Numbered from the stretch's first letter, positions 16,492-26,469 are shown. The stretch: 64,000 nucleotides of DNA from an uncultured Pseudobdellovibrionaceae bacterium (GCA_964360255.1 CAYHVK010000014.1:10384-74383); one strand, 5' to 3'. Notes: generated by a model from the sequence alone, not told the origin. Translations and numbers: made by a program.

Positions 16492-17370
16492 TTATTTAAC
16501 TACTCGATAGATTTCGGCTTGTTCAGATAGAAAAGCTTCAGCCCCAGAACCTTGTAAAAGCGCAATCGTCGAGAGAGCACCAGCCTCAGTGCAGTTGCTC
16601 GCCACTACAGTTACTGAACGCGGAGCCCCTTCAACTGGATAGCCTGTTTTCGGGTTCAAGATATGGGATAAACGCCGACCCTCATGAAGAAGAAATTTAT
16701 TTTTATCACCACTAGTCGCGACCGCTCCACTGTAAAGAATTAGATCTTCTTGGGCGTCTTCGACTTTGATCTTCCAAGGATCACCATTTTTTTTGGGACC
16801 TGTAACCGCAATATCTCCGCCCAAATTGACGAGAGTGACCACCCCCCGTCCTACTTCGTGGGCTATACTAGCACATGAATCGACAGCATACTCTTTACCA
16901 ATACCACCGAAATCGATTTCTGCGCCGACGGGAATCGATAGACGATCACCTTCGACTTGAATTTTCTGATATCCGATATAAGGCAGAAGCTTTTCAACAG
17001 CCTCACGGCTTGGGATATTCGAGGATCCATCGAAAATCCAAGCCCGACGTAAAATTCCTGAAGTAATATCAAAAAGCCCTGAGCTGGCATAAAAAAGTGA
17101 ATCGGCAAACTTAAGAAGCTTACGCGTCTCTTTATCTAGAGAAACCTTCTTACCGTTTGAATTATTAATCTTATAAACAATATTGTCAGTTCGGTAGCGA
17201 CTGAATTTGGACTCGAGTCTCTTCGCCTCATTGTAAACAGCTTTGAAAATATTTAGAGATTGATCTTTATCACTCGTCTCGATCAAAACTTCGCAGAGCC
17301 CACCCATGCAATAAAATGAATGTGCCTTAAATTCACCGTAGTCTAAATAGCGATAGCTTTCATCGAACAT
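16492..17370 (-). CDS. apbE: FAD:protein FMN transferase (ApbE family), no N-terminal signal peptide
   Basis: GLFDITSG, IDFGGIGKEYAVD, VNLGGDIAV, ATSGDKNKF...SHILNPKTGYP motifs. The start ATG directly abuts the upstream stop (TAG|ATG), so the ORF cannot be extended. The N-terminus MFDESYRYLDYGEF is not hydrophobic. Confidence 0.85.
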   Translation of the reverse strand: MFDESYRYLDYGEFKAHSFYCMGGLCEVLIETSDKDQSLNIFKAVYNEAKRLESKFSRYRTDNIVYKINNSNGKKVSLDKETRKLLKFADSLFYASSGLFDITSGILRRAWIFDGSSNIPSREAVEKLLPYIGYQKIQVEGDRLSIPVGAEIDFGGIGKEYAVDSCASIAHEVGRGVVTLVNLGGDIAVTGPKKNGDPWKIKVEDAQEDLILYSGAVATSGDKNKFLLHEGRRLSHILNPKTGYPVEGAPRSVTVVASNCTEAGALSTIALLQGSGAEAFLSEQAEIYRVVK

Positions 17371-18726
17371 CTAGAACGAGTAATTAACCTGAACCGCGAA
17401 GGCTGTCACGTCCGGGAAGAGATCTTGCCCCACTTGCGTACCCACAGCTTCACTCGGGCTTGAATCCCCTGTTTGCTGGTAATATTGAAGAAGTAGACTG
17501 AGATCTCGCTCATTCTTAAGCTTACGAATAAATTTAACTGCAGGTGCAAGAGTCGTCATTTCCCCTAAACGGTTATCAGCCGTTGCATATCGCGGCAGCG
17601 CTTCATTATCTGCAATGGCGAAGTCATAAAAATCCACTGCGGATTGCATATAATATCTAAAGCTGGGCTCAAGACGCCATTTTGCAGATATGGGAAAGTT
17701 ATAACCCACTTGAACCGTATGTGATTTTAAATCCCAATCATCTGTTGTGTATCGATAGGAGCTGGTTAGCACTCCAGACGAGATATAATTCTTTGATGCC
17801 ACGTAAACACTTTGCTTGAGTCGTGAATCGGGACGCTTTTCATAAATATAAGACTGCGGATCACCTAACGTAGCACCTGCTGTGCTGTCATAAATCGTAA
17901 CGACTTTATAGGGATCGGTCATATAACCATCAGATTGCCCGAACGAAAGATTAGTTAATAGAATCCAAGTTCGAGACATCACCTGTGAAAAACCCGCCAG
18001 CAAATCTAAAGTATTTTTAGTTTCAGTGCTGCCATTTTTTGGTTGGGCCGCAGGTGGTGCTACCATCGTTGCGAGCCCAATAGGTGTACCACCCACCGGT
18101 TTAATTTGGTCATTCGTATAAGACAGACCTAAAGAGTACGATCTATTTTTATCTTCTGTTTCACGCGTAAAAGACGTATTCACACCAGCAGAAAAATAAT
18201 CGTATTCGTTAGACACATTGAGGCCCACAGACATTTTCAATAATCGAGAAAGTGGCTGTGACCAGCTTGTCGCAATATTCACCCGAGTGTCTTTAAATGA
18301 ATCATCAAGCGGGGGCTTATTGGGCTGAACCGTATAAGTATCTTTACCCGAGGGACCCGTAAAAGTTTGTGGCTGATTGCTTTTCAAAGCACCATTGGGA
18401 GATGCGCCGGTTAAGCTGTCGAGAACCAATTTAGTCGTCCAGACTCGATCCCCATCAAATGCGGCAGATAAAGTGGCCGCAGGTTCTATAGCCTGAACTC
18501 GTCCATCAGATTCACTATAATAAAGCATTCCAAATTCGCCGGACCATTTCGCCCAGCTTTTTACGTTCGCTATTTTCTCCGTGAAAAAACCTTGGCCTTC
18601 AATGGAAGGGGCCTGGCTTTCAGTTTGAGCGTGCGCCGTCGAGGTGGCACACACAAGTGCTAATGAAGCCTGCGCGATGAACTGACCGATACGACGTGGC
18701 TTCTTTTCGCTCAGTTGCATCCGCAA
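17371..18726 (-). CDS. DUF3570-like predicted outer-membrane beta-barrel with flavinylation motif
   Basis: Signal ...LVCATSTAHA|QTE. C-terminal ...FAVQVNYSF. D-S-L-T-G-A-S at residues 103-109 (nt 18400-18420). Confidence 0.7.
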   Translation of the reverse strand: MRMQLSEKKPRRIGQFIAQASLALVCATSTAHAQTESQAPSIEGQGFFTEKIANVKSWAKWSGEFGMLYYSESDGRVQAIEPAATLSAAFDGDRVWTTKLVLDSLTGASPNGALKSNQPQTFTGPSGKDTYTVQPNKPPLDDSFKDTRVNIATSWSQPLSRLLKMSVGLNVSNEYDYFSAGVNTSFTRETEDKNRSYSLGLSYTNDQIKPVGGTPIGLATMVAPPAAQPKNGSTETKNTLDLLAGFSQVMSRTWILLTNLSFGQSDGYMTDPYKVVTIYDSTAGATLGDPQSYIYEKRPDSRLKQSVYVASKNYISSGVLTSSYRYTTDDWDLKSHTVQVGYNFPISAKWRLEPSFRYYMQSAVDFYDFAIADNEALPRYATADNRLGEMTTLAPAVKFIRKLKNERDLSLLLQYYQQTGDSSPSEAVGTQVGQDLFPDVTAFAVQVNYSF

Positions 18727-18920
18727 CCTCCTGCCGAAAAGCTGCGACCGCCACTGGCGCCTTCCTTACTGAAAAAAGTATGGTCTTCGAAACCATCCTG
18801 CAAAACTGTAACTCCGAATTGCATTTCTTTTTTTGCCAAAAGATCTCGGTCCCATGGCTTCACGCCGCGGTTCGCACAGCCAGATATAAATAAGAGTGAG
18901 ACGAAAAATAAGATTTTCAT
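18711..18920 (-). CDS. DUF4266-like small lipoprotein
   Basis: Lipobox MKILFFVSLLFISGC. The C-terminus ...GGCGCN is characteristic of the family as I recall it. It overlaps both neighbours (4 nt and 16 nt). Confidence 0.7.
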   Translation of the reverse strand: MKILFFVSLLFISGCANRGVKPWDRDLLAKKEMQFGVTVLQDGFEDHTFFSKEGASGGRSFSAGGCGCN

Positions 18921-19354
18921 TTTGCGCTTCCCATAAGAATCTCGAGATTTTTCATATGCTTTACAGCCAGCTCTTTTGAAAATCCAATTTCAGAAGAGTG
19001 AACGGTTCCATCTTTATTAAGAAGAACCGAATACGGCATTCCGGCAACGTTGTACTTTTTTGCCATATCCGCGTCGGCATCATAGAAAATCTCAAACTTT
19101 GCAGGATAAGACTTTAAAAATTCAGCCGCCGCAGTTTTATCTTTATCCAGATTCACGCCAATAATTTTAAGTTTCGGATATTTTTTCTGAAGATCATTCA
19201 GCCAAGGAAAAGACTCTTTGCATGGAATGCACCAAGAGGCCCAAAAATCTAAATAAACCACCTGGCCTTTATATTTCGAGACATCAAGTTCGGCGGCTGA
19301 TGAAATTTGTAGAATAAATAAAACAGATAAAAATAAGATAAATCGTTGAGTCAT
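18917..19354 (-). CDS. TlpA-like thioredoxin-fold thiol:disulfide oxidoreductase
   Basis: Signal peptide plus FWASWCIPC active site. 145 aa. Confidence 0.8.
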   Translation of the reverse strand: MTQRFILFLSVLFILQISSAAELDVSKYKGQVVYLDFWASWCIPCKESFPWLNDLQKKYPKLKIIGVNLDKDKTAAAEFLKSYPAKFEIFYDADADMAKKYNVAGMPYSVLLNKDGTVHSSEIGFSKELAVKHMKNLEILMGSAK

Positions 19355-19402
19355 AATTCAACTATGTTGAGCTTCTTTTTTTAACTTGGGAAGTGCTCGA
19401 CT

Positions 19403-20413
19403 CTATTCGTCGAGAATATAGTTGATCGGATCAACTGGAATATCGTTTACACGCACTTCGTAGTGGCAGTGAGGGCCTGACGAGCGGCCCGTTGAGCCTA
19501 CGGCTGCGATAACATCACGGCGGCTAACTTTTTGGCCCAGCTGAACATAAATCTGAGAGTTGTGGGCATAACGAGTGCGAACGCCATAACCGTGATCGAC
19601 AGCAACGATTTTACCGTAACCGCCTTCGTAACCCACGTAAGAAACAACACCATCTGCTGTTGCAACAACTGGAGTGCCTGGCGCGGCAGCGAAATCACGA
19701 CCATAATGCATTTCTGGTTTACCAGTGAACGGATCGATACGGTAACCGAAGTGTGAAGTCATCCAACCACGTGCCGGTTTGATTGATGGCGTTTGATTCA
19801 AAATACTCTGACGTTCTGCCAAGAGCTCTTGAAGTTTAATTACACCTTGCTCACGAAGACCGGCTTCGCTCACTGATTTATCTATGCGAATAGAAAGAGT
19901 AGCGTAGTTACGACCACTGATAGCGGCCAGTTCACCACGAGCTTGATCAAGTGGAGCGCGCTCTTGAAATACAGAATCACCTTTTAAAATCTCAGTTGAA
20001 CTTGGATCACGCTCGTTCGCTGGTGTGCGCTCGAAAGCCTGCGTACTCTCTTCAATCTGCGGCATCGGGCCGATTGAAAGAGTGAGGGCCCGATCTTCAT
20101 CTTCAATATTAGTGATCAAACGAATCTTAGTTGTGAGGTTCTTGATGCGCTCAAGGCTCCCTTCAAGAGAGCTGAGTTTACTTTCAACAACTTGAAACTG
20201 ACGAGTGAGCTGGGCATTTTCAGAGCGAAGACGTTTGTTCTCACCTTCGCGAAGCAACAACCCTACGTAATCCACACTTCCGGCAGCTAAAAGCACAGCC
20301 GCAATAACTCCGCCGACGAGCATCATTTTTAGCCATGAAGCTGAAATCGTCACAGAGCGAGTGTTGCCCTTGCGATTGCTCGTTATTAGGAATGTGAACG
20401 TCTTGTTATCCAT
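19403..20413 (-). CDS. M23-family metallopeptidase with N-terminal anchor and coiled coil
   Basis: HYGRDFAAAPGTPVVATADGVV...GYGKIVAVDHG...STGRSSGPHCHYEV (HxxxD / HxH LytM motifs). Confidence 0.85.
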   Translation of the reverse strand: MDNKTFTFLITSNRKGNTRSVTISASWLKMMLVGGVIAAVLLAAGSVDYVGLLLREGENKRLRSENAQLTRQFQVVESKLSSLEGSLERIKNLTTKIRLITNIEDEDRALTLSIGPMPQIEESTQAFERTPANERDPSSTEILKGDSVFQERAPLDQARGELAAISGRNYATLSIRIDKSVSEAGLREQGVIKLQELLAERQSILNQTPSIKPARGWMTSHFGYRIDPFTGKPEMHYGRDFAAAPGTPVVATADGVVSYVGYEGGYGKIVAVDHGYGVRTRYAHNSQIYVQLGQKVSRRDVIAAVGSTGRSSGPHCHYEVRVNDIPVDPINYILDE

Positions 20414-20491
20414 TTTCAGTACCCTAATATGTAAGACACAACATATGGTGTCATCATAAAAAAACTCATTAAAATAATTCTCTGCGTCATG

Positions 20492-21223
20492 CTATTTTTT
20501 CGTCAGAAAAACGATCACAGATATATTGTCATCCCCGCCTGCTTTTTTGGCCTCAACTATGCCCTGGGCCACGACTTCAGAGGGATCATATTTCTTAATA
20601 ATTTCAGATATTTTATCATTGGTTATAAGGCCTGAAAGACCATCTGAGCAGAGCAAGTAAATCTCACCAGGGTTTACTTCTCTTTCAACGATATCTACGT
20701 CGACCATATCTTCAAATCCAACGCTACGCGTAATAACGTTGCGACCTATCATTGCTTCAGGTTGATTGGGGTCAAGTACGCCAGCGCGAATTTGCTCATT
20801 GATCAGGGAGTGATCGTCAGTGATCTGCCATAAATTTCCGTCGCGGTACAAGTAGGCCCGAGAATCCCCAACGTTACCCACATACAAACGTCCAGCATAA
20901 ACGAAAGCCGCGACCATGGTCGTGCCCATTCCCATGAGTTCTGGGTTCTCACGGGTCGACTTATGAAAAATTCTTCGCGTCGCTTCTCTGTAACCTTTTC
21001 TTAACAAATCTTTGGGATTAATTTTTGCGCCTGATAAGAATTCAGTTTCGAAGACTTCTTGCATAGCTTCTATAGCTAGTGCTGAAGCGACTTCACCGCC
21101 TCTATGCCCTCCCATTCCGTCTGCGACGATAAAGAGAGAATGCTTTTTGTCGACGAGAATCGAGTCCTGATTGTTGTCTCGTTTTAAGCCAACATCAGTC
21201 TGTCCCCAAACATCAAATTCCAT
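20492..21223 (-). CDS. PP2C-family Ser/Thr protein phosphatase
   Basis: GLKRDNNQDS, FIVADGMGGHRGGEVAS, LLCSDGL, GGDDNISVIV. Confidence 0.85.
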   Translation of the reverse strand: MEFDVWGQTDVGLKRDNNQDSILVDKKHSLFIVADGMGGHRGGEVASALAIEAMQEVFETEFLSGAKINPKDLLRKGYREATRRIFHKSTRENPELMGMGTTMVAAFVYAGRLYVGNVGDSRAYLYRDGNLWQITDDHSLINEQIRAGVLDPNQPEAMIGRNVITRSVGFEDMVDVDIVEREVNPGEIYLLCSDGLSGLITNDKISEIIKKYDPSEVVAQGIVEAKKAGGDDNISVIVFLTKK

Positions 21224-21302
21224 TCAAATAGCTTATTCTAAAATTGGACTAATATTAACTTAAAAAAGAAATTCATAACGCCGAAATGTATTTGAGGCGC
21301 TT

Positions 21303-22211
21303 GTGAACAATGAATTTAAAAACAAATTGAAGAGATATTTTAAAGATCGCATAGCGATTTTCGTAGTTATCTCGCTCTTTGTACACGCTACAGTCCTCAC
21401 TGTGGTTCAGTTTGCCAAGCCACCACAGGCTATTCACACTCCTGAAACGGTTGAAATTGAATATAGAACAGACTCGACGAAAGCCCTAAAGCAAATCGTT
21501 GAGCAAGATGAAAAACGCCTCAACGAAGACGAGCCAGATAAAGAGGCGTACCTCAGCCGGCATACACAACGTGTAGTGAAAGAGACTCGTGCGGCGAATC
21601 ACGGTGACTTTAAAAATCGCAGTGGCGAAGGAATCGCGAAAAGCAATCCGACTCCGAAGACAGAACAGGCAGAAATTCCAAAAGAGCAACAGCAAAAACA
21701 ACGTAGCAAAGTTTCTTCAGCTGGCGGCCTCCCCACTTTGGGAGATTTAAAGCCGACGTTTAAGCCTTCGTATCAGCGGCAGTTCGATGATATTCCGAAG
21801 GGCAAAGGCGGCGAAACGAGCGCCACCAATGATCACTTAGAAAAAACTCATGTGGGCATTGAGACCATGCTGAACTCACGTGAATTTGTTTATTACACTT
21901 ATTATCAGCGTATTCGCTCACAGCTTCGTCAGTATTGGGAGCCGAGCATCCGCGAGCGCGTGAAGAAAATCTTCGCGCAAGGCCGAACCATTGCGTCGAC
22001 AAAAGATCACATTACACAAGTGGTGATTGTTCTCGATAAAGCGGGTTCATTACTTAAAGTTCAAGTTGTGAATGAAAGTGGAGTGAGCGACCTAGATGAA
22101 GCAGCTGTAGATGCATTTCGCGCCGCCGAACCGTTTCCGAATCCCCCGAAGGGTATGGTTGAAGCCGACGGCACAATTAAAATTCGCTGGGATTTTATCC
22201 TAGAAGCGTAA
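21303..22211 (+). CDS. TonB-family protein
   Basis: N-terminal anchor IAIFVVISLFVHATVLTVV and a Pro/Lys/Gln-rich spacer. C-terminal domain AAVDAFRAAEPFPNPPKG...IKIRWDFILE. GTG start. Confidence 0.65.
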   Translation: MNNEFKNKLKRYFKDRIAIFVVISLFVHATVLTVVQFAKPPQAIHTPETVEIEYRTDSTKALKQIVEQDEKRLNEDEPDKEAYLSRHTQRVVKETRAANHGDFKNRSGEGIAKSNPTPKTEQAEIPKEQQQKQRSKVSSAGGLPTLGDLKPTFKPSYQRQFDDIPKGKGGETSATNDHLEKTHVGIETMLNSREFVYYTYYQRIRSQLRQYWEPSIRERVKKIFAQGRTIASTKDHITQVVIVLDKAGSLLKVQVVNESGVSDLDEAAVDAFRAAEPFPNPPKGMVEADGTIKIRWDFILEA

Positions 22212-22332
22212 AAGCAGCTTAAAAGCCACATGACGTTTACCGTCAAAACAAGCTCTCTGGGCACTGCCAAAATCGAAGCAACTCTTTTATACTGCGAGAT
22301 CGACCTAAAGTCGCTCTTCGAAGGAGATACTT

Positions 22333-25209
22333 GTGAAAAACAAAACCACGCCAAAACAATCTTATGATCGTGGCACAATCGAAAATATTATTAAGCGCGC
22401 TCACTATTTAGCGAACCAAATGATTTACATGGCCAACAATCGCCCCGATAAAGAAAAAGGCGATCCGAAAGTGGGCGGTCACTCTTCAGGTAGTACAAGC
22501 TGCATTCATATTCTTGGCGCTCTTCACCTAGTTGTTAAATCGGCGTTCGATCATATCGCCAATAAACCGCACGCCAGCCCAGCCGATCACTCTTTCAATT
22601 TCTTGCTCGATTTATTTTTGAAACCAGATCTCACTCGTATGTCATTAGAAGAAGGCCAAACAGCCATGCGCGGTCTACGCGCCTTCTCACAAAATGGCGA
22701 ACCGGTATTTCAATCTTATCACTCAGCCTTCGACCCTGATCACCACAACTTCTATCCATCAGGAACAGTTGGTATCCCGGCGGTGAACGCAGGCTACATG
22801 GCTCTCGCTTACCGCTATGCTCGTAAGCATGGCTATGAAGTTCCTGAGCACGCTCACTTCTGGTGTATTCTTGGTGACTCAGAATTCCGCGAAGGTTCGC
22901 TCTTCGAAGCGATTCCAGATTTTGCTGAACGCGAACTTGGTAACCTCACTTGGATCGTCGATTACAATCGCCAGAGTTTAGATGGTCACCGCTTATCAAA
23001 TCATAGAATTTATGGCGGCACTGATGGTCAGCGTATTCACGACACAATGAAAGCCAATGGCTGGGAAGTTTTCGAAGCGAAGCACGGTCGCAAACGTTTA
23101 GAGCTCTTTGCTCGTCCGGGCGGCGATAAATTCCAGAAATGGTTTGAAGACGAACTCGATGATTATGAACTTCAAGCGATCTTGAATGTGAAAGATCCGA
23201 AAAAAGTTCGTGATCATATTTTAAAAACTCATGGAGCCGAACTTAAAGGCGCTGAGAAGTGGCTTAAAGATCTCACTGACATTGAACTCTATGAAATGCT
23301 TCGCGACTTCGGTGGTCACGATGTTGATTTGATGGTCGAAATTTTGAACAAGAGCAAAGAGAACCCGGATCGTCCAAGCTTAATCATTGCACACACAATG
23401 AAAGGCTGGGGCCTTGAGATGGCCGCAGTGGCCGGCAATCACTCGATGCTACCAGAAGATGATGAGATGGTCCGCCTTCGCGATAAACAACATATTTCAG
23501 CTGAAGCTCTTTTTGAAAGATTCCCTGCGAATACAAAAGAAGGCGAATACTGCTTGAAGCGTGGTAACCTCGCTTTAGAAGAAATCAAAGCTCAAAACGC
23601 TCTTAAAGAAAAAAACAAAGCGAAATTCTTAAACGACATTGAGAAGTCTGGTGAAATCCCTGATACTCTCGATATTAATACGAAGATGGCCAATTACCCT
23701 CACACGCAGTGGATGCTCGGTCAGCTCACTTCTAAGATGACTCGTATTGCGAACACTTCTGTTGATGCTTCTGCGACAGCCAAAGCCGACACAAAACAAA
23801 AAGGTCTCACAGAATTTGAAAAAACTTGGAAGCTTTCTTCTGAGCTTATGATTTCAATGGCTCCTGACGTAGGAACAAGTACAAATCTCAACCCATCAAT
23901 GGATGGTAAGATTTTTAGCGCCGATTGGACCCCAGATGTCGAAGCCGAGCTTGATGTACGTGACGATAAAGCTGTGGATTTGGTTCCGGGCCAAGAGGTG
24001 ACAGATCGTTTCTTGCGTTTTGAAATCGCTGAAGGAAATGCGATGTCTTGCGTAGGTTCATTCGGTCGCATGCGCGATACTTTAGGCATTCCGATTCTTC
24101 CACTTATGACAGTTTATGATTTCTTTATTAAACGCGCCCATGATCAGTACTTCTATAATCTTTACTGGAAATCGAGCTTCATTCTTGTTGGTACACCATC
24201 AGGTGTGACGCTTTCACCAGAAGGTGCACAGCACGGCTGGAAATCTGACTTTCAAATTCCGAACCAAATCACTTGGGAGCCATTCTTTATTCAAGAACTG
24301 GATTGGATCTACTGTGATGCTGTTAAACGCCACATGCTTCACCAAAATGAAGGACGCTCAGGCGTTCTCATTCGCGGTGTGACTCGTGGTGCGGATCAAA
24401 AAGATTTACTCAAGAACCTTCGCACTCAACGTCGCTTTAAAACTCAAGATGCATTACTTCATCCGGCAGGTGCACCAGTACCCGCAGCACCTGAGGCTGT
24501 TGATGAATCAACAATTGAGCCAATGGCTGATGCCGAAATTATGGCTCAACTTCGTAATGATGTTTTAAGTGGAGCTTACTATCTCATCGATTATCGCGGA
24601 TACGCAGGTTATGAACCCGGCGATAACGTTGTGCAAATTTTCGCAATGGGCAGTCTTGGAACAGAAGCCATCAAAGCTTCTCAAGAACTTCTCAAAAAAG
24701 GAATTTATGCCAACGTAATTATGGTCACGAGTTCAGATCTTTTAGTGGGTCAGCAAGGTCACGAAAATGACTACCAATATTTACGCCAGGGTTTACAAGT
24801 GAACTCGACTCTCTTTTTGCAACCGACTCTAAATGGTCACTTGCAGACTCCAGAAGTGGCAACACTCTCAGGTCGTCGCGTGCCTATCGTAAGCGTGCAT
24901 GATGGTGAGCCAGGGTTACTGGATAATATTGGTTCAATCGTTGGTGTTCGTCATGAGTCTTTAGCTGTTCGCAAACACTCGAAATGCGGTCGTCCCCATG
25001 ATATTTACAAATATCATCACATTGATGCTCCTTCGATTGTTGAAGCTTGTGGTAAAGTTCTGAGCGAAACGGCTCTTGAGACGGTTCAAGTGGGAACGCA
25101 AACTCTTGCACAAGTTCAAGGTCAAGAGACTCCACGCACTGACTGGCGCTCACTTTGGTCATCTAGCGGTGGTCATGACGACGGCTCTCATGGTGGAGAC
25201 ACTCACTAA
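22333..25209 (+). CDS. Homodimeric-type 2-oxoacid dehydrogenase E1 (AceE-like) / transketolase-superfamily ThDP enzyme
   Basis: GDPKVGGHSSGSTS..., ThDP motif GDSEFREGSLFEAIPDFAERELGNLTWIVDYNRQSLDG. 958 aa with a His/Gly-rich tail SSSGGHDDGSHGGDTH. GTG start with GGAGA RBS. Confidence 0.7.
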   Translation: MKNKTTPKQSYDRGTIENIIKRAHYLANQMIYMANNRPDKEKGDPKVGGHSSGSTSCIHILGALHLVVKSAFDHIANKPHASPADHSFNFLLDLFLKPDLTRMSLEEGQTAMRGLRAFSQNGEPVFQSYHSAFDPDHHNFYPSGTVGIPAVNAGYMALAYRYARKHGYEVPEHAHFWCILGDSEFREGSLFEAIPDFAERELGNLTWIVDYNRQSLDGHRLSNHRIYGGTDGQRIHDTMKANGWEVFEAKHGRKRLELFARPGGDKFQKWFEDELDDYELQAILNVKDPKKVRDHILKTHGAELKGAEKWLKDLTDIELYEMLRDFGGHDVDLMVEILNKSKENPDRPSLIIAHTMKGWGLEMAAVAGNHSMLPEDDEMVRLRDKQHISAEALFERFPANTKEGEYCLKRGNLALEEIKAQNALKEKNKAKFLNDIEKSGEIPDTLDINTKMANYPHTQWMLGQLTSKMTRIANTSVDASATAKADTKQKGLTEFEKTWKLSSELMISMAPDVGTSTNLNPSMDGKIFSADWTPDVEAELDVRDDKAVDLVPGQEVTDRFLRFEIAEGNAMSCVGSFGRMRDTLGIPILPLMTVYDFFIKRAHDQYFYNLYWKSSFILVGTPSGVTLSPEGAQHGWKSDFQIPNQITWEPFFIQELDWIYCDAVKRHMLHQNEGRSGVLIRGVTRGADQKDLLKNLRTQRRFKTQDALLHPAGAPVPAAPEAVDESTIEPMADAEIMAQLRNDVLSGAYYLIDYRGYAGYEPGDNVVQIFAMGSLGTEAIKASQELLKKGIYANVIMVTSSDLLVGQQGHENDYQYLRQGLQVNSTLFLQPTLNGHLQTPEVATLSGRRVPIVSVHDGEPGLLDNIGSIVGVRHESLAVRKHSKCGRPHDIYKYHHIDAPSIVEACGKVLSETALETVQVGTQTLAQVQGQETPRTDWRSLWSSSGGHDDGSHGGDTH

Positions 25210-25838
25210 TGAAGTTTCGGGCTCTGTTCGCCTTAGTCTCGCTTTTGGTTCTGCCGCAAGCAAGTCTTGCAGGCGCCGGGCTCCCGACCTGTGTAAACGA
25301 TCAAGCGACTCTTCAAACTATCATTCGCATTCAAAAAGCGAATAAAAATAATAATGCAAAGTACGATGGCTATCGTGAGTTTTTAAAAGACGACGGCGCT
25401 GCTTTGCTCGCCCGCCTCGCTTACGCTGAAACTTTAGCGGCCGAGTGCCCCACATTAAATTATGAAATTCTACCTGGAATCGTCGATGTCATAGCCAATC
25501 GCGCAGCCATGAGACAAGACAACGTAAAAAGCGTGGTCTATCAACGCGATCAGTTTGCTTCGTCACTTAATATTTACAAAAAATCTCGCTATTTGGATTT
25601 TCTATGCCCGAAAGACGCGAAACTGTGGGCAGCAGCTTTAGAGACAGCAGAAAAATCTTTGTATAACGGAGCCGCCGTTCTGCCGAGAAATGCTTTTAAT
25701 TATTATTTCTATTTACATGACCCGAAATGGCCCGTGCCCGAATGGGCGAATTACAAAAAACATCAGCCAGTTAAAACTCCAAACTTTAATAAAATCCAGA
25801 AGTGCATCCGGTATTTTAATCACTTGAAGTTCAACTAG
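25209..25838 (+). CDS. SleB-like cell wall hydrolase (Hydrolase_2 type)
   Basis: Signal peptide. LARLAYAETLAAECP...VIANRAAM...VVYQRDQFAS pattern. The ATG overlaps the upstream stop (TAATG). Confidence 0.65.
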   Translation: MKFRALFALVSLLVLPQASLAGAGLPTCVNDQATLQTIIRIQKANKNNNAKYDGYREFLKDDGAALLARLAYAETLAAECPTLNYEILPGIVDVIANRAAMRQDNVKSVVYQRDQFASSLNIYKKSRYLDFLCPKDAKLWAAALETAEKSLYNGAAVLPRNAFNYYFYLHDPKWPVPEWANYKKHQPVKTPNFNKIQKCIRYFNHLKFN

Positions 25839-25846
25839 CTGACCTG

Positions 25847-26269
25847 TTAAACCATAGTTTCTTTTGGCTGCTCTTGTTTCATAGGCTTTTGTTTTTTGCC
25901 TTTTTTGCGAGCTTCGATTTCGGCATCGATGGCTGCGACAAGTTTATCTGCGCTCGCGATTTCTCGCTTCACAACATCTCTATTAGAAATAGAGTTTTTC
26001 TTATCGGCATCATCAACGGCGATGGCATGACGTAGAGAAGCGGCATACTCAACCGTCTTCTCACGAAGCACCGCTAACTGCACATCATCAGCTGACTCAA
26101 GTTCTGCGTTCATCTGCAAACCTAAGATTTTGATCTCTTGATTTAATTGAGCCGCGCGATCGAGACTGGCCTGACCACTTCTGTATTGGTCTTTTTCATC
26201 TGATTTGCCACAAGCAGTTAATAAGGCCGGCAGCAATGCCAATACGATAAAGAGCTTTAATTTCTTCAT
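25847..26269 (-). CDS. Coiled-coil lipoprotein, unknown function
   Basis: Lipobox LLPALLTAC. Helical, Lys/Glu/Ala-rich. Confidence 0.6.
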   Translation of the reverse strand: MKKLKLFIVLALLPALLTACGKSDEKDQYRSGQASLDRAAQLNQEIKILGLQMNAELESADDVQLAVLREKTVEYAASLRHAIAVDDADKKNSISNRDVVKREIASADKLVAAIDAEIEARKKGKKQKPMKQEQPKETMV

Positions 26270-26469
26270 TTATACCTACCTTATTAAGTTTCGCTGGATT
26301 AGAGCAATAGACGCTCCTACTGATTTCACGCGTGGCGACCGCGTAAAGTGTCTATAAATTTAACAGTCGAGAATTTCTTTCAATGCACCTGACACTAATG
26401 AGTTCGCAAACTGGACATCACTTTGCATTGATTCCAGCCACAACCTGAACTCATTTTTAAAGGAAGCCC

